Source of the DNA: Candidatus Latescibacterota bacterium
GTDB lineage: Bacteria > Latescibacterota > UBA2968 > UBA8231
Length of the DNA: 64,000 nt
Direction: 5' to 3'
Assembly (NCBI GenBank): GCA_965215195.1
Contig: CBDCDC010000002.1
Coordinates: 3,328,001 to 3,392,000 of the forward strand
Under the pieces are notes generated by a model, which ran no database searches, was not told where the DNA came from, and was given only the letters and a program-made list of their open reading frames with translations. A program made the position numbers and the translations under genes. Shown piece after piece: positions 38,940 to 49,470 of this stretch; the first letter of the stretch is position 1, and each line of letters begins with the position of its first letter.

Positions 38940-39446
38940 TCAATGATTTTTTTCGCCCCTCTCGTAGGCTTTTTTGATGGCTTTATCAAAGACTTCAAAG
39001 ACAGTAAAGTAGGTGTCGCCGGCTTCATCATAGGCATCGAGGGCTTCATCGGCGACACGATGGGCTTCGGTGCCGGCTCGTCGGCCAGCACGATGGGCTT
39101 CATCGATGACATGGTTGGCTTCATCGAGGGTACGCTCGGCTTCCTCCCAAGCGGCAAAGGCTAGTCGGACTTCTTCAATCGCATGCACGGCTTTATCGTA
39201 GCCGTAGGCGGTTATCCTAAAAATCGCATAGGCACCTTTGACTTTTTTATTTGCGTCCCTGGCTTCCTCCCAAGCGGCCTCGGCTTTCTTATGGGCTTCG
39301 TCGTCGGCGCGATCTGCGGCCCAATAAGCATCCCAGGCCAGCCTAGTTTCCTCGTGGGCGTCAATGGCTTCAAAATAGGCGGCCTGGGCTTTCTTATAGG
39401 TCCGATATGCCTCTACAGCTCTGTCAAAGGCGGTCTCTCCGGCCAA
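38940..39446 (-). CDS. Ala/Glu-rich helical hypothetical protein
   Basis: Repeated AAWEEA / DEAH segments; TTG start after GAGG. Confidence 0.45.
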   Translation of the reverse strand: MAGETAFDRAVEAYRTYKKAQAAYFEAIDAHEETRLAWDAYWAADRADDEAHKKAEAAWEEARDANKKVKGAYAIFRITAYGYDKAVHAIEEVRLAFAAWEEAERTLDEANHVIDEAHRAGRRAGTEAHRVADEALDAYDEAGDTYFTVFEVFDKAIKKAYERGEKNH

Positions 39447-39647
39447 AACCTCAACGCAAGAAAAAGGCCCAACAGGACATAACTGGCGATCTTCATTGCA
39501 TTACCTCCGGTTCGAGATGGTTGACCCAGTTAGGCTTGTTCATGCAGGGAAAGGTACTACGGAAGAAGCACAGGTTCTCTGCAAAAGTGTGAACACCTCG
39601 ATGATATGCAGACCAAGCAGAAAGGTCAATTTCAAAATCCCCCTTCT

Positions 39648-40118
39648 TTAACGTCTGGCGTAGACGCTGATAACGCGATTTCCCTCCTTTGTGACTTGTT
39701 TCAACAGGAATTTTTGCTTGACCAATTCTCGCAAGATTTTATTCGTCTTATCGGAATCGAACAGCTTTACCTTTGTCTCAATCTGCCCCTCCTGACGCAT
39801 ATCCTCTAGGAGATCTCGCACCTCAGCCGCGGTCAATTGTGTATCCGGTGGGGCAAATATTTGACGAACCGCCTCGGTCGGCCCCACGCACGGCCCTTGC
39901 TCCGCCCCTTCAATAACCAAAGTAAATTCCTTAGCCCAGAAGTTCACAACGAACTCAAGCATGGGGTCTGAGTGCTTCTCCACCAGAGCCGCCTCGACCT
40001 TTTCCATTTGCTGAAGCTTTACTTTTAGCTCGGCAATTTCGATTTTCGTCTCCTTTATTCTCTCCCGCAGTCGGTTGAAGAGGAGGTGCATCGGAGTCAG
40101 ATCCGTATTTTTTGTCAT
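39648..40118 (-). CDS. hypothetical protein, N-terminal coiled coil and possible C-terminal winged helix
   Basis: AAAGGA RBS; heptad pattern IKETKIEIAELKVKLQQM; LTAAEVRDLL...ILRELVKQKFL. Confidence 0.55.
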   Translation of the reverse strand: MTKNTDLTPMHLLFNRLRERIKETKIEIAELKVKLQQMEKVEAALVEKHSDPMLEFVVNFWAKEFTLVIEGAEQGPCVGPTEAVRQIFAPPDTQLTAAEVRDLLEDMRQEGQIETKVKLFDSDKTNKILRELVKQKFLLKQVTKEGNRVISVYARR

Positions 40119-40204
40119 CGGGATTTCCTTTCTTCGGGCTTGACAATAACAGCGACTCGCTCCACTTTATATAAATATGGTGGGCTTCTTATTCGGGGTT
40201 CCAC
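40115..40204 (-). CDS. 29 aa small ORF coupled to the downstream gene
   Basis: AAAGGAGG RBS, GTG start, MEPRIRSPPYLYKVERVAVIVKPEERKSR, ATGA overlap. Confidence 0.4.
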   Translation of the reverse strand: MEPRIRSPPYLYKVERVAVIVKPEERKSR

Positions 40205-40286
40205 TAAAAAAACCTCCTTTCTTTGGTTAGACGGGATGGTTTTCTTGGGCCGAGCGGTGGCAGCCGTTTCGGCCCTCTTTATTAGA

Positions 40287-40315
40287 ACGATAGATGTGTT
40301 GCTTCATCCTGTCAA
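40287..40315 (-). promoter_or_regulatory. possible sigma70 promoter for passenger genes
   Basis: TTGACA-17nt-TATCGT on the minus strand. Confidence 0.45.
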
Positions 40316-40412
40316 GCCCCCTGTAAAAATAGTCTTAAATTCAGACCCCCCAACACAAAGTATCTATAAAGTATCTGTTGAGTAAGTGTCTTAATTCAAT
40401 TACACTTAAGGA

Positions 40413-41266
40413 ATGTTCAACAGGGTCCAAAAAGACAAGCTGATTACGATCTTGAACTGCTTGGTAGAGGGTATGGGCGTCCGTCCGACAGCCTGAGTTG
40501 TCGGCTACCACCACCAGACCATCCTCAAGCTACTGTGCTCGGCGGGGACCTGGGCCTCCCAGTATTGCGACAGGCACTTACGCAATCTGGCCTGTCGCCG
40601 CCTAGAAGTGGACGAGGCGTGGAGGCTTTGTCTATGCGAAGGAGCGCAATCTGGGACAGGCCAAGAGCGCACCCCATCAGGCGGGCGATGTGTGGTTGTG
40701 GGTTGCCTTCGACCCTGAAACCAAGCTAATCCCTCTTAGCGGATCGGCGATCAAACACTAGAGACAGCTATCGACTTCATGGCTGACTTGAAGGGACGCC
40801 TTACTCACCGCGTCCAGTTGACCTCGGATGATCTCAGGGCCTATGTAGTGTAGAAGCGGTCGAACAGGCTTTCGGCTGTTATATGCACTACGCAATGCTG
40901 TCGAAGATATACGCCTCGGACGAATTGGCGCTGAACATGGAGAATGTCATGGGCAACCCCGACATGGAGAAGGTGAGCACGTCCGGCGTCGGGCGGCAGA
41001 ACTTGACCATGCGCATGTCCATGCAGCGATTCATGCGGCGCACTAACGGCTTCTCCAAGAAGATTATCAACTACGCCCATACCGTCGCGCTGCACTTTCT
41101 CCATTACAACTTCTGCCGCATCCACCAGAGCATCGACATAACGTCGGCGATGGCGGCCAATATCACGGACACCTTCTACGACATGGAGTGGATCGTTGAT
41201 CGCGTTGCCGAAACCGAACCCAAGCCGCGCCGTCCCAAGACCTATCGCAAAAGGTCTGCGGCTTGA
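40413..41266 (+). pseudogene. IS1-family transposase, disrupted
   Basis: MFNRVQKDKLITILNCLVEGMGVRPTA*...; RQNLTMRMSMQRF.R.TNGFSKK, LHFLHYNFCRIH, AMAA; stops and frameshifts; ends at the right TIR. Confidence 0.85.
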
Positions 41267-41376
41267 ATTTCAAAATAGACCACTACCGGCCAACGACTCA
41301 TCTTGACAGTCTCTTGCAAATCCATAATGTTAGTAAGGTTCAATTGGACGCCAACCACATAGAGGCGGTTTTAGGC

Positions 41377-43617
<2,241 letters not shown>

Positions 43618-43623
43618 GTCCCC

Positions 43624-44202
43624 ATGGAAGCCCTACAGCGCATCAACATCAAGTTCTATCTCGAAGATCCCGAGTCCCTATCGGCCCAAGAGGCCTTCCG
43701 CATCTTCAATAGTTGGATCCCGACGACTCCAGACGAAGTCCTCATCGACGTGGCCGACTACAGCCACCTAGCCGAGGGACCGCTGACCCTGCTCGTCGGC
43801 CACGAAGCCAACTATAGCCTCGACAACCACAGCGCCGAGTTGGGCTTGCTCTACTCGCGCAAACAACCCGCAGACGGCGACCTGAGCGAGCGGCTTGCCA
43901 GTGCCTTAAAAGCGGCACTCACCGCCTGCCGACGCCTCGAAGAAGAGCCTAGCCTAGCGGGCAAAGTCAAATTTCGCCGCGGCGATGTGCTCCTAGTAGC
44001 CAACGACCGCCTCAGCGCAACCAACGACCAAGCCGGCGAAAAGGCCCTGCGGGCCGCCCTCGGCCCGGTACTCGCCCAGCTCTTCGCCGGCACCGAGTAC
44101 GCAGTGGAGCGCGACCCAGCTCCTCAATTGCGCCTCAACCTGAGAATACGCTGCCAAACCAACGCCGACACGGCGACCCTGCTGGGCAATCTCGCCGCTT
44201 GA
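43624..44202 (+). CDS. conserved hypothetical protein in the reductase operon
   Basis: LIDVADYSH..GP..LLVGHEANY, NDRL motifs; 6 nt after the reductase stop. Confidence 0.65.
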   Translation: MEALQRINIKFYLEDPESLSAQEAFRIFNSWIPTTPDEVLIDVADYSHLAEGPLTLLVGHEANYSLDNHSAELGLLYSRKQPADGDLSERLASALKAALTACRRLEEEPSLAGKVKFRRGDVLLVANDRLSATNDQAGEKALRAALGPVLAQLFAGTEYAVERDPAPQLRLNLRIRCQTNADTATLLGNLAA

Positions 44203-44284
44203 CAGAGGTAAACAGGCCCGTATTTTTGCGATAGTTCCCGATTCAAAGAGCAAAGAAGCAATAGCACCTTATTGGGAGGAACCC

Positions 44285-44599
44285 ATGGCTTACTACATCA
44301 CCGAAACCTGCATCGACGTCAAAGACAAGGCCTGCGTCGAGGTTTGCCCCGTTGACTGCATCCATCCGATCGACGGCGAAGGCGAACCCATGCTCTATAT
44401 CGACCCGGACGAGTGCATCGATTGCGGTGCCTGCGAGCCGGAGTGCCCGGTTGAGGCGATCTTCGCCGAAGAGGACGTGCCCGAGGAGCAAGACCGCTTC
44501 GTCGAGATTAACACCAAGTACTTTGAGCTGCGCGACGACCCCGAAGAATGGGACCAGTGGAAGCAGGAACACGCAGCCGAATTCGAAAAAACCAGCTAG
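44285..44599 (+). CDS. 7Fe/dicluster ferredoxin (FdxA-like)
   Basis: C...KDKACVEVCPVDCI...CIDCGACEPECPVEAI; GGAGGA RBS. Confidence 0.93.
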   Translation: MAYYITETCIDVKDKACVEVCPVDCIHPIDGEGEPMLYIDPDECIDCGACEPECPVEAIFAEEDVPEEQDRFVEINTKYFELRDDPEEWDQWKQEHAAEFEKTS

Positions 44600-44618
44600 G
44601 ACGCCGCCTTTCGCGCAG

Positions 44619-44654
44619 AAAAGCCGGGACGCCCCATGGGTTTCCCGGCTTTTT
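44619..44654 (+). terminator. rho-independent terminator
   Basis: AAAAGCCGGGA...TCCCGGCTTTTT. Confidence 0.75.
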
Positions 44655-44722
44655 CGCGCTTGACGATATCAGACCCACCCCGCTTATTTTTTTGCCTAAC
44701 AAAATTGCCGGAGATGGTGTAC

Positions 44723-45733
44723 ATGGCGAAGACAACCCCCCGAAAAAAACCTAAAGCAAAGAAAGCCAAGCTCCGGGCCGCGCCCGACAAACTGTGGTTC
44801 ATGTACCGCAAGATGTCCGAGATCCGCCTCTTTGAAGAGCACGTCTGGGACGTCTATACCCGCGGCCTGATGCCCGGCCTAGCCCACCTCTACATTGGCG
44901 AGGAAGGCGTGGCCGTAGGCACTTGCGCGGCCCTGCGCGACTCCGACTACATCACCAGCACGCATCGCGGCCACGGGCACTGTCTGGCCAAGGGCGGCCA
45001 ACTCGACCGCATGATGGCCGAAATCATGGGCAAGGAGGCCGGCTATTGCCGCGGCAAGGGCGGGTCCATGCACATCGCCGATATGTCGGTGGGCATCCTC
45101 GGGGCCAACGGCATTGTCGGCGGCGGCTTCGGCATCTGCACCGGTGCCGGCCTCTCGGCCAAGCTGCGCGGCACCGATCAAGTGGGCGTCTGCTTCTTCG
45201 GCGATGGCGCTGCCAACCAAGGCATCATGCTCGAAACAATTAACATGGCCGTGATCTGGAACCTGCCGGTCATCTACATCTGCGAAAACAACCAGTACGG
45301 CGAGCACACCCCCTACGAGGCCGTCACCGGCGTCACCGACATCGCCGACCGCGCCAAGGGGCTTGGCCTCGAAGGGATCATCGCCGACGGTGCCGATGTG
45401 CTGGAGATGTACGAAAAAGTAACCGCTGCCGTAGCCAAGGCGCGCCAAGGCCACGGTCCGAGCCTGATCGAAGCCAAAACCTACCGCTACCACGGGCACC
45501 ACGTCGGCGACGCCCAGACCTACCGCACTCGCGATGAGGTCGGCTGGTGGTCTGAGAACAAGGACCCCATTCGCCTGTTGGGCCAGTACATGGTCGCCAA
45601 CCGGGTCGCCAAACAGGCCGAACTCGACGCCCTGTACGCGCAAGTGGAGCGCGAGGTCCTCGACGCCATCGAATTTGGCAAAGAAGCCGCCTTTCCCCCG
45701 CCAGAACAAGCTTTTGAGGATATATATGCCTGA
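44723..45733 (+). CDS. TPP-dependent 2-oxoacid/acetoin dehydrogenase E1 alpha
   Basis: HLYIGEE, STHRGHGH, GKGGSMH, FGDGA...ENNQY, YRYHGH. Confidence 0.92.
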   Translation: MAKTTPRKKPKAKKAKLRAAPDKLWFMYRKMSEIRLFEEHVWDVYTRGLMPGLAHLYIGEEGVAVGTCAALRDSDYITSTHRGHGHCLAKGGQLDRMMAEIMGKEAGYCRGKGGSMHIADMSVGILGANGIVGGGFGICTGAGLSAKLRGTDQVGVCFFGDGAANQGIMLETINMAVIWNLPVIYICENNQYGEHTPYEAVTGVTDIADRAKGLGLEGIIADGADVLEMYEKVTAAVAKARQGHGPSLIEAKTYRYHGHHVGDAQTYRTRDEVGWWSENKDPIRLLGQYMVANRVAKQAELDALYAQVEREVLDAIEFGKEAAFPPPEQAFEDIYA

Positions 45734-46709
45734 TCGGGACATGCTGTTTAGAGAGGCCATCGGCCTAGCTACGGCCGAAGAGATGCGCCGCGACGAGACC
45801 GTCTTTGTCATGGGCGAGGACGTGGGGCCCTCCGGCGGCATCTTCAAATGCTGCGAGGGCCTCTTCGAGGAATTTGGGACTGAGCGCGTCATCGACACTC
45901 CCATTGCCGAGGCGGGTTATATCGGTCTTGGCGTCGGTGCCGCCATGACCGGCATGCGCCCGCTGTGCGAGCTGATGTTCGGCGACTTTTCGCTGTTGAC
46001 CATGGACCAGATCGTCAATCAGGCGGCCAAGATCCGCTACATGTCGGGCGGCCAGTGCAAAGTTCCCCTGACGATCCGGCTGTCGATGGGGGCCGGGCGC
46101 TCTTCCGCCGCCCAGCACTCCCAGAGCTTGCACGCGATCTTCGCCCATGTCCCCGGGCTCAAAGTTGCCATCCCTGCTACACCCCGCGACGCCAAGGGCT
46201 TGCTCAAGACCGCGATCCGCGACGACAATCCCGTGCTCTTCTTTGAAGACAAGATGATGTACAACGACTCCGGCCCCGTGCCCGAAGACGACGACTTTCT
46301 CATCCCCTTTGGCGCAGCCGAGATCAAACGCGCCGGCACCGACCTGACCCTCGTCGCCACCTCCAGCATGGTCGGCGTCGCCTTGGCCGCCGCAGAAGAG
46401 CTCGCCGCCCAAGGGCTAGAAGCCGAGGTCGTCGATCCGCGTACCCTAGTACCTCTAGATAAGGAGACCCTGCTCGCCTCGGTGCGCAAAACTGGCTATG
46501 CTGTGGTGATTGACGAAGGCGTTGAGCGCTACGGTGCCACGGCCGAGCTCGCTTCCATCCTCAACGCCGAGGCATTCGATTGGCTCGACGCGCCCGTCTT
46601 GCGCATTGGCGCGGCCGACGTGCCCATTCCCTTCAGCCCAACCCTCGAGATGCCGACCATCCCCAGCCAAGAGCGCATCGTCGAGACCGTACTTTCACAG
46701 CGAGGGTAG
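45726..46709 (+). CDS. 2-oxoacid/acetoin dehydrogenase E1 beta
   Basis: MGEDV, DTPIAE, MDQIVNQAAK, QHSQS, DAKGLLK.AIRDDNPV. Confidence 0.92.
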   Translation: MPDRDMLFREAIGLATAEEMRRDETVFVMGEDVGPSGGIFKCCEGLFEEFGTERVIDTPIAEAGYIGLGVGAAMTGMRPLCELMFGDFSLLTMDQIVNQAAKIRYMSGGQCKVPLTIRLSMGAGRSSAAQHSQSLHAIFAHVPGLKVAIPATPRDAKGLLKTAIRDDNPVLFFEDKMMYNDSGPVPEDDDFLIPFGAAEIKRAGTDLTLVATSSMVGVALAAAEELAAQGLEAEVVDPRTLVPLDKETLLASVRKTGYAVVIDEGVERYGATAELASILNAEAFDWLDAPVLRIGAADVPIPFSPTLEMPTIPSQERIVETVLSQRG

Positions 46710-46713
46710 GCTT

Positions 46714-47622
46714 TTGTCGCGTCCGGTCTGCCTCGTCACGGGGTCTTCGAGCGGGATTGGCGCGGCCATCGTCCGCCAATTCGCGGCCCAAGGCTACGAC
46801 GTGGTGGTCCACTACAACGCCGGCGAGGAGCGCGCCGCCCAGATCGCCGCCGCCATTCGCGCCGAGTACGCAGTCGAAGTCCTAGTCCTCGGTGCCGATC
46901 TCTCGCAGCGAGAGGCCCCTTTCGACCTAGTCGACCGCACCTTCGCGCACTTTAGCCGCCTCGACGTGGCGGTCAGCAACAGCGGCGTGGCCAACTACGT
47001 GGCCGACGAGCAGGGCCAGCTCGTGCGCTACCGCTTCAGCGACACTCCGGTCGAGCACCTCGACAAGGAGATGGCCCGCGTCCTCAGCCTCAACCTCATG
47101 GGGGCCTACCGGCTAGTCCAACGCGCCCTCAAGCGCATGGTGGAACAAGCCGCAAAAGAGACCGATCCCGCGCACCGCAGCATCCTCTTGATTACCTCCA
47201 TCTCGGATATCGCCCCCGAGAGCACCCGCATTCCCTACGGCGTCAGCAAGGCCGGTCTCAATCACGTAGTTGCGGGGGCAGCCTTCGACGGCGGGCCTTA
47301 CAACATCACGGTCAACGCCCTGCGCCCCGGGGTCGTGGATACGCCGCTGACGAGCCGCCCTTCGGGGGTGGAAGATCCGCAATCGGGCCGCGAATTCACC
47401 GTGGCCGAGATCTACGGTCTGATGGCCGCAGGAGGGTCCCAACCCATTCGCCGCATCGGACGCCCTGAGGACATCGCCTTCGCCGCCTACGCCTTCACCC
47501 AGATCCCCTACATGACCGGCCAGCTCATCGCCGTTGATGGCGGCTTTACCCTGCCCGGCAATTTTCCCAACCGCGAGGTCTTTCTCCAAGAGGGCTTGCG
47601 GAAGCGGCAAGCCAGTTCTTGA
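46714..47622 (+). CDS. short-chain dehydrogenase/reductase
   Basis: TGSSSGIG, YGVSK, VNALRPG, GQLIAVDGG. Confidence 0.88.
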   Translation: MSRPVCLVTGSSSGIGAAIVRQFAAQGYDVVVHYNAGEERAAQIAAAIRAEYAVEVLVLGADLSQREAPFDLVDRTFAHFSRLDVAVSNSGVANYVADEQGQLVRYRFSDTPVEHLDKEMARVLSLNLMGAYRLVQRALKRMVEQAAKETDPAHRSILLITSISDIAPESTRIPYGVSKAGLNHVVAGAAFDGGPYNITVNALRPGVVDTPLTSRPSGVEDPQSGREFTVAEIYGLMAAGGSQPIRRIGRPEDIAFAAYAFTQIPYMTGQLIAVDGGFTLPGNFPNREVFLQEGLRKRQASS

Positions 47623-47682
47623 TACAGACAACGGGCTGCTTTCGCTGCTTTGCGGCGAGGATCCTCTGCGGTCTCAAGTCCT

Positions 47683-48207
47683 ATGGAAGAACTGTTTCAC
47701 GTCAGCGACCGGCCCGGCATAACCCGCTTTGAGCCTCGTCCCCCACCTCTGAGCAATACCACCTTTACCGGCCGCATGGTCTGGGCCGTGGGCCAGCGCC
47801 TGCTGCACAATTACTTGGTGCCGCGCGACTGTCCCCGAGTCGCTTTCTACGCCGGCCCCCGGACTACTGCCGAGGACGCCGAGCGCTTTTTAGGCATCAC
47901 GACCGCCCGCCACGTGGTGGCCATTGAGACCGCTTGGTTACAGGCTTTGTGCACCGAGTGCCTCTATATTTATGCTCTGCCTAATGAAACTTTCCAACCG
48001 GTGAATAAAGGCGCTGGCTACTATATCTCCCGCCAAGGGGTGACGCCCCGTTCGATGGAAACCATTGAAGATATTCTCGCCTGTTTGGCCGCGAGCGACG
48101 TGGAGGTTCGCATCACCCCTTCCCTGTGGCCCCTGCGCGACGCCGTGTTTCAATCCACCATGCGGTTTTCCTTCATCCGCATGCGCAACGCCGCGCCTCG
48201 GCCCTAG
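47683..48207 (+). CDS. DUF6886-like hypothetical protein
   Basis: LFHVS...I.RFEPRP, VWA, NYL.PRDCPR, FSFIRMRNA. Confidence 0.65.
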   Translation: MEELFHVSDRPGITRFEPRPPPLSNTTFTGRMVWAVGQRLLHNYLVPRDCPRVAFYAGPRTTAEDAERFLGITTARHVVAIETAWLQALCTECLYIYALPNETFQPVNKGAGYYISRQGVTPRSMETIEDILACLAASDVEVRITPSLWPLRDAVFQSTMRFSFIRMRNAAPRP

Positions 48208-48455
48208 CCGCTTTAATGTTGCTCTGCTGAGGCGGTGCCCGGCCTGCGCCCGGCCCACTACCGGCGCGGGCGACGGTCACTCCAATGGTGCGTCAAGTTT
48301 TATTCTGGTGCCCGGCATGGTATGTTTGATTAAAACACACTCGGAGGGCATTGGATTTTGAGATCCCCAAACCTCGTTACGCACAACGCAAAAGAACTTG
48401 GGTGCGTTTCCACGTTAAACGTCGAAAATTGGGCAACCGAATAAGGGGCCTCCTC

Positions 48456-49403
48456 ATGCGCCCGGCGATCCTGCGATCTGGAATGATTCTAGTAATGGCA
48501 GCATTCGGGGCCTCTGCGGCGGCAGCGCAGACCGAGTTCTCCTTTGCCGCTGGCGTCGATAGCACCGGCTGGGCGCAGGCGCAGAGCAATGCCGACGGCC
48601 ATGTGCTGATTGAGTCGCCGCAGTATCCGCTCGGTCTGTGGCTGCACTTGGTCGATAAAGCGGGAGATGCGCTGGCCGGCCTTCAGGTCGAATACCAAGG
48701 CCGACCCGACAGTTTGGCGGCGATTCGCTGCGTCGATCCGGGCGGAAGGGTGCGGGAGACGCTGGTCTTGTCGTTTGAGGATCCGAATCTGGAGAAGTGG
48801 GTATTGAAGGCTTTGGGCCGACAGGAGGGGCCTATTACCTTGCCGGAAGCCGCTTCTCTGACCAGCCTCTCTGTCTCCGATAGTAGTGTTCACAGTTTGG
48901 CGGGTCTCGAGCATTTTGTGGCCTTGGAAACTTTGAGTCTAGCCATCGACTATTCTATTACTGACGTGAGTCCACTTGCTGCTTTGACCAACCTTAAAAA
49001 ACTGAGTCTGTATTTCAATCAGCTAGCCGATGTGAGTCCACTTGCTGCTTTGACCAACCTTAAAAAACTGAGTCTGTGGAATAACCGGATCGCCGATGTG
49101 AACCCGCTCGCTACCTTAACCAACCTTGAATCGCTGAACCTAGGTGCCAACCAGCTAGCCGATGTGAACCCACTCGCCGCCTTGACCAACCTTGAACGAC
49201 TATATCTGGAGGACAATCAGATTACCGATGTGAGCCCACTCGCCGCCTTGACCAATCTTGAGTCGCTGAACCTAAAGGACAACCAGATCGAAGACATAAG
49301 TCCCTTGACCGCCAACACTGGCTTAGGGGACGGCGATTTCGTAAACTTGCTCAACAACCCCCTCAGCGACCAGTCCCGCACCAAACACATCCCCGCCCTG
49401 TAA
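48456..49403 (+). CDS. secreted internalin-like leucine-rich repeat protein (premature stop near C-terminus)
   Basis: Signal peptide; FEDPNLE cap; five full 22 aa LAALTNL..L.L..NQ..DVSP repeats; HIPAL*ARGVAVHY*. Confidence 0.85.
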   Translation: MRPAILRSGMILVMAAFGASAAAAQTEFSFAAGVDSTGWAQAQSNADGHVLIESPQYPLGLWLHLVDKAGDALAGLQVEYQGRPDSLAAIRCVDPGGRVRETLVLSFEDPNLEKWVLKALGRQEGPITLPEAASLTSLSVSDSSVHSLAGLEHFVALETLSLAIDYSITDVSPLAALTNLKKLSLYFNQLADVSPLAALTNLKKLSLWNNRIADVNPLATLTNLESLNLGANQLADVNPLAALTNLERLYLEDNQITDVSPLAALTNLESLNLKDNQIEDISPLTANTGLGDGDFVNLLNNPLSDQSRTKHIPAL

Positions 49404-49470
49404 GCGAGAGGCGTCGCCGTTCACTACTAAACCCCCCGCATCCGTCCCTCTTCAGCGAAAGGACCCCGCC

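Larger units (their letters stand above)
35514..41287. mobile_element. IS1-family cargo-carrying element (~5.8 kb)
   Basis: TIR GGTAGTGGTCTATTTTGAA (35514-35532) and its perfect inverse (41269-41287); flanks AGCCAACG / GGCCAACG; decayed transposase at the right end; lower-GC interior. Confidence 0.9.

Noticed and set aside
38943-39482. Plus-strand Gly/Phe-rich ORFs as membrane proteins
   Set aside because: They are the antisense reading of the Ala/Glu-rich minus-strand ORF; the strand assignment remains moderately uncertain.
41263-41376. N-terminal extension of the reductase in the ORF track
   Set aside because: It runs through the IS right TIR and TSD; ATG 41377 is the more plausible start.
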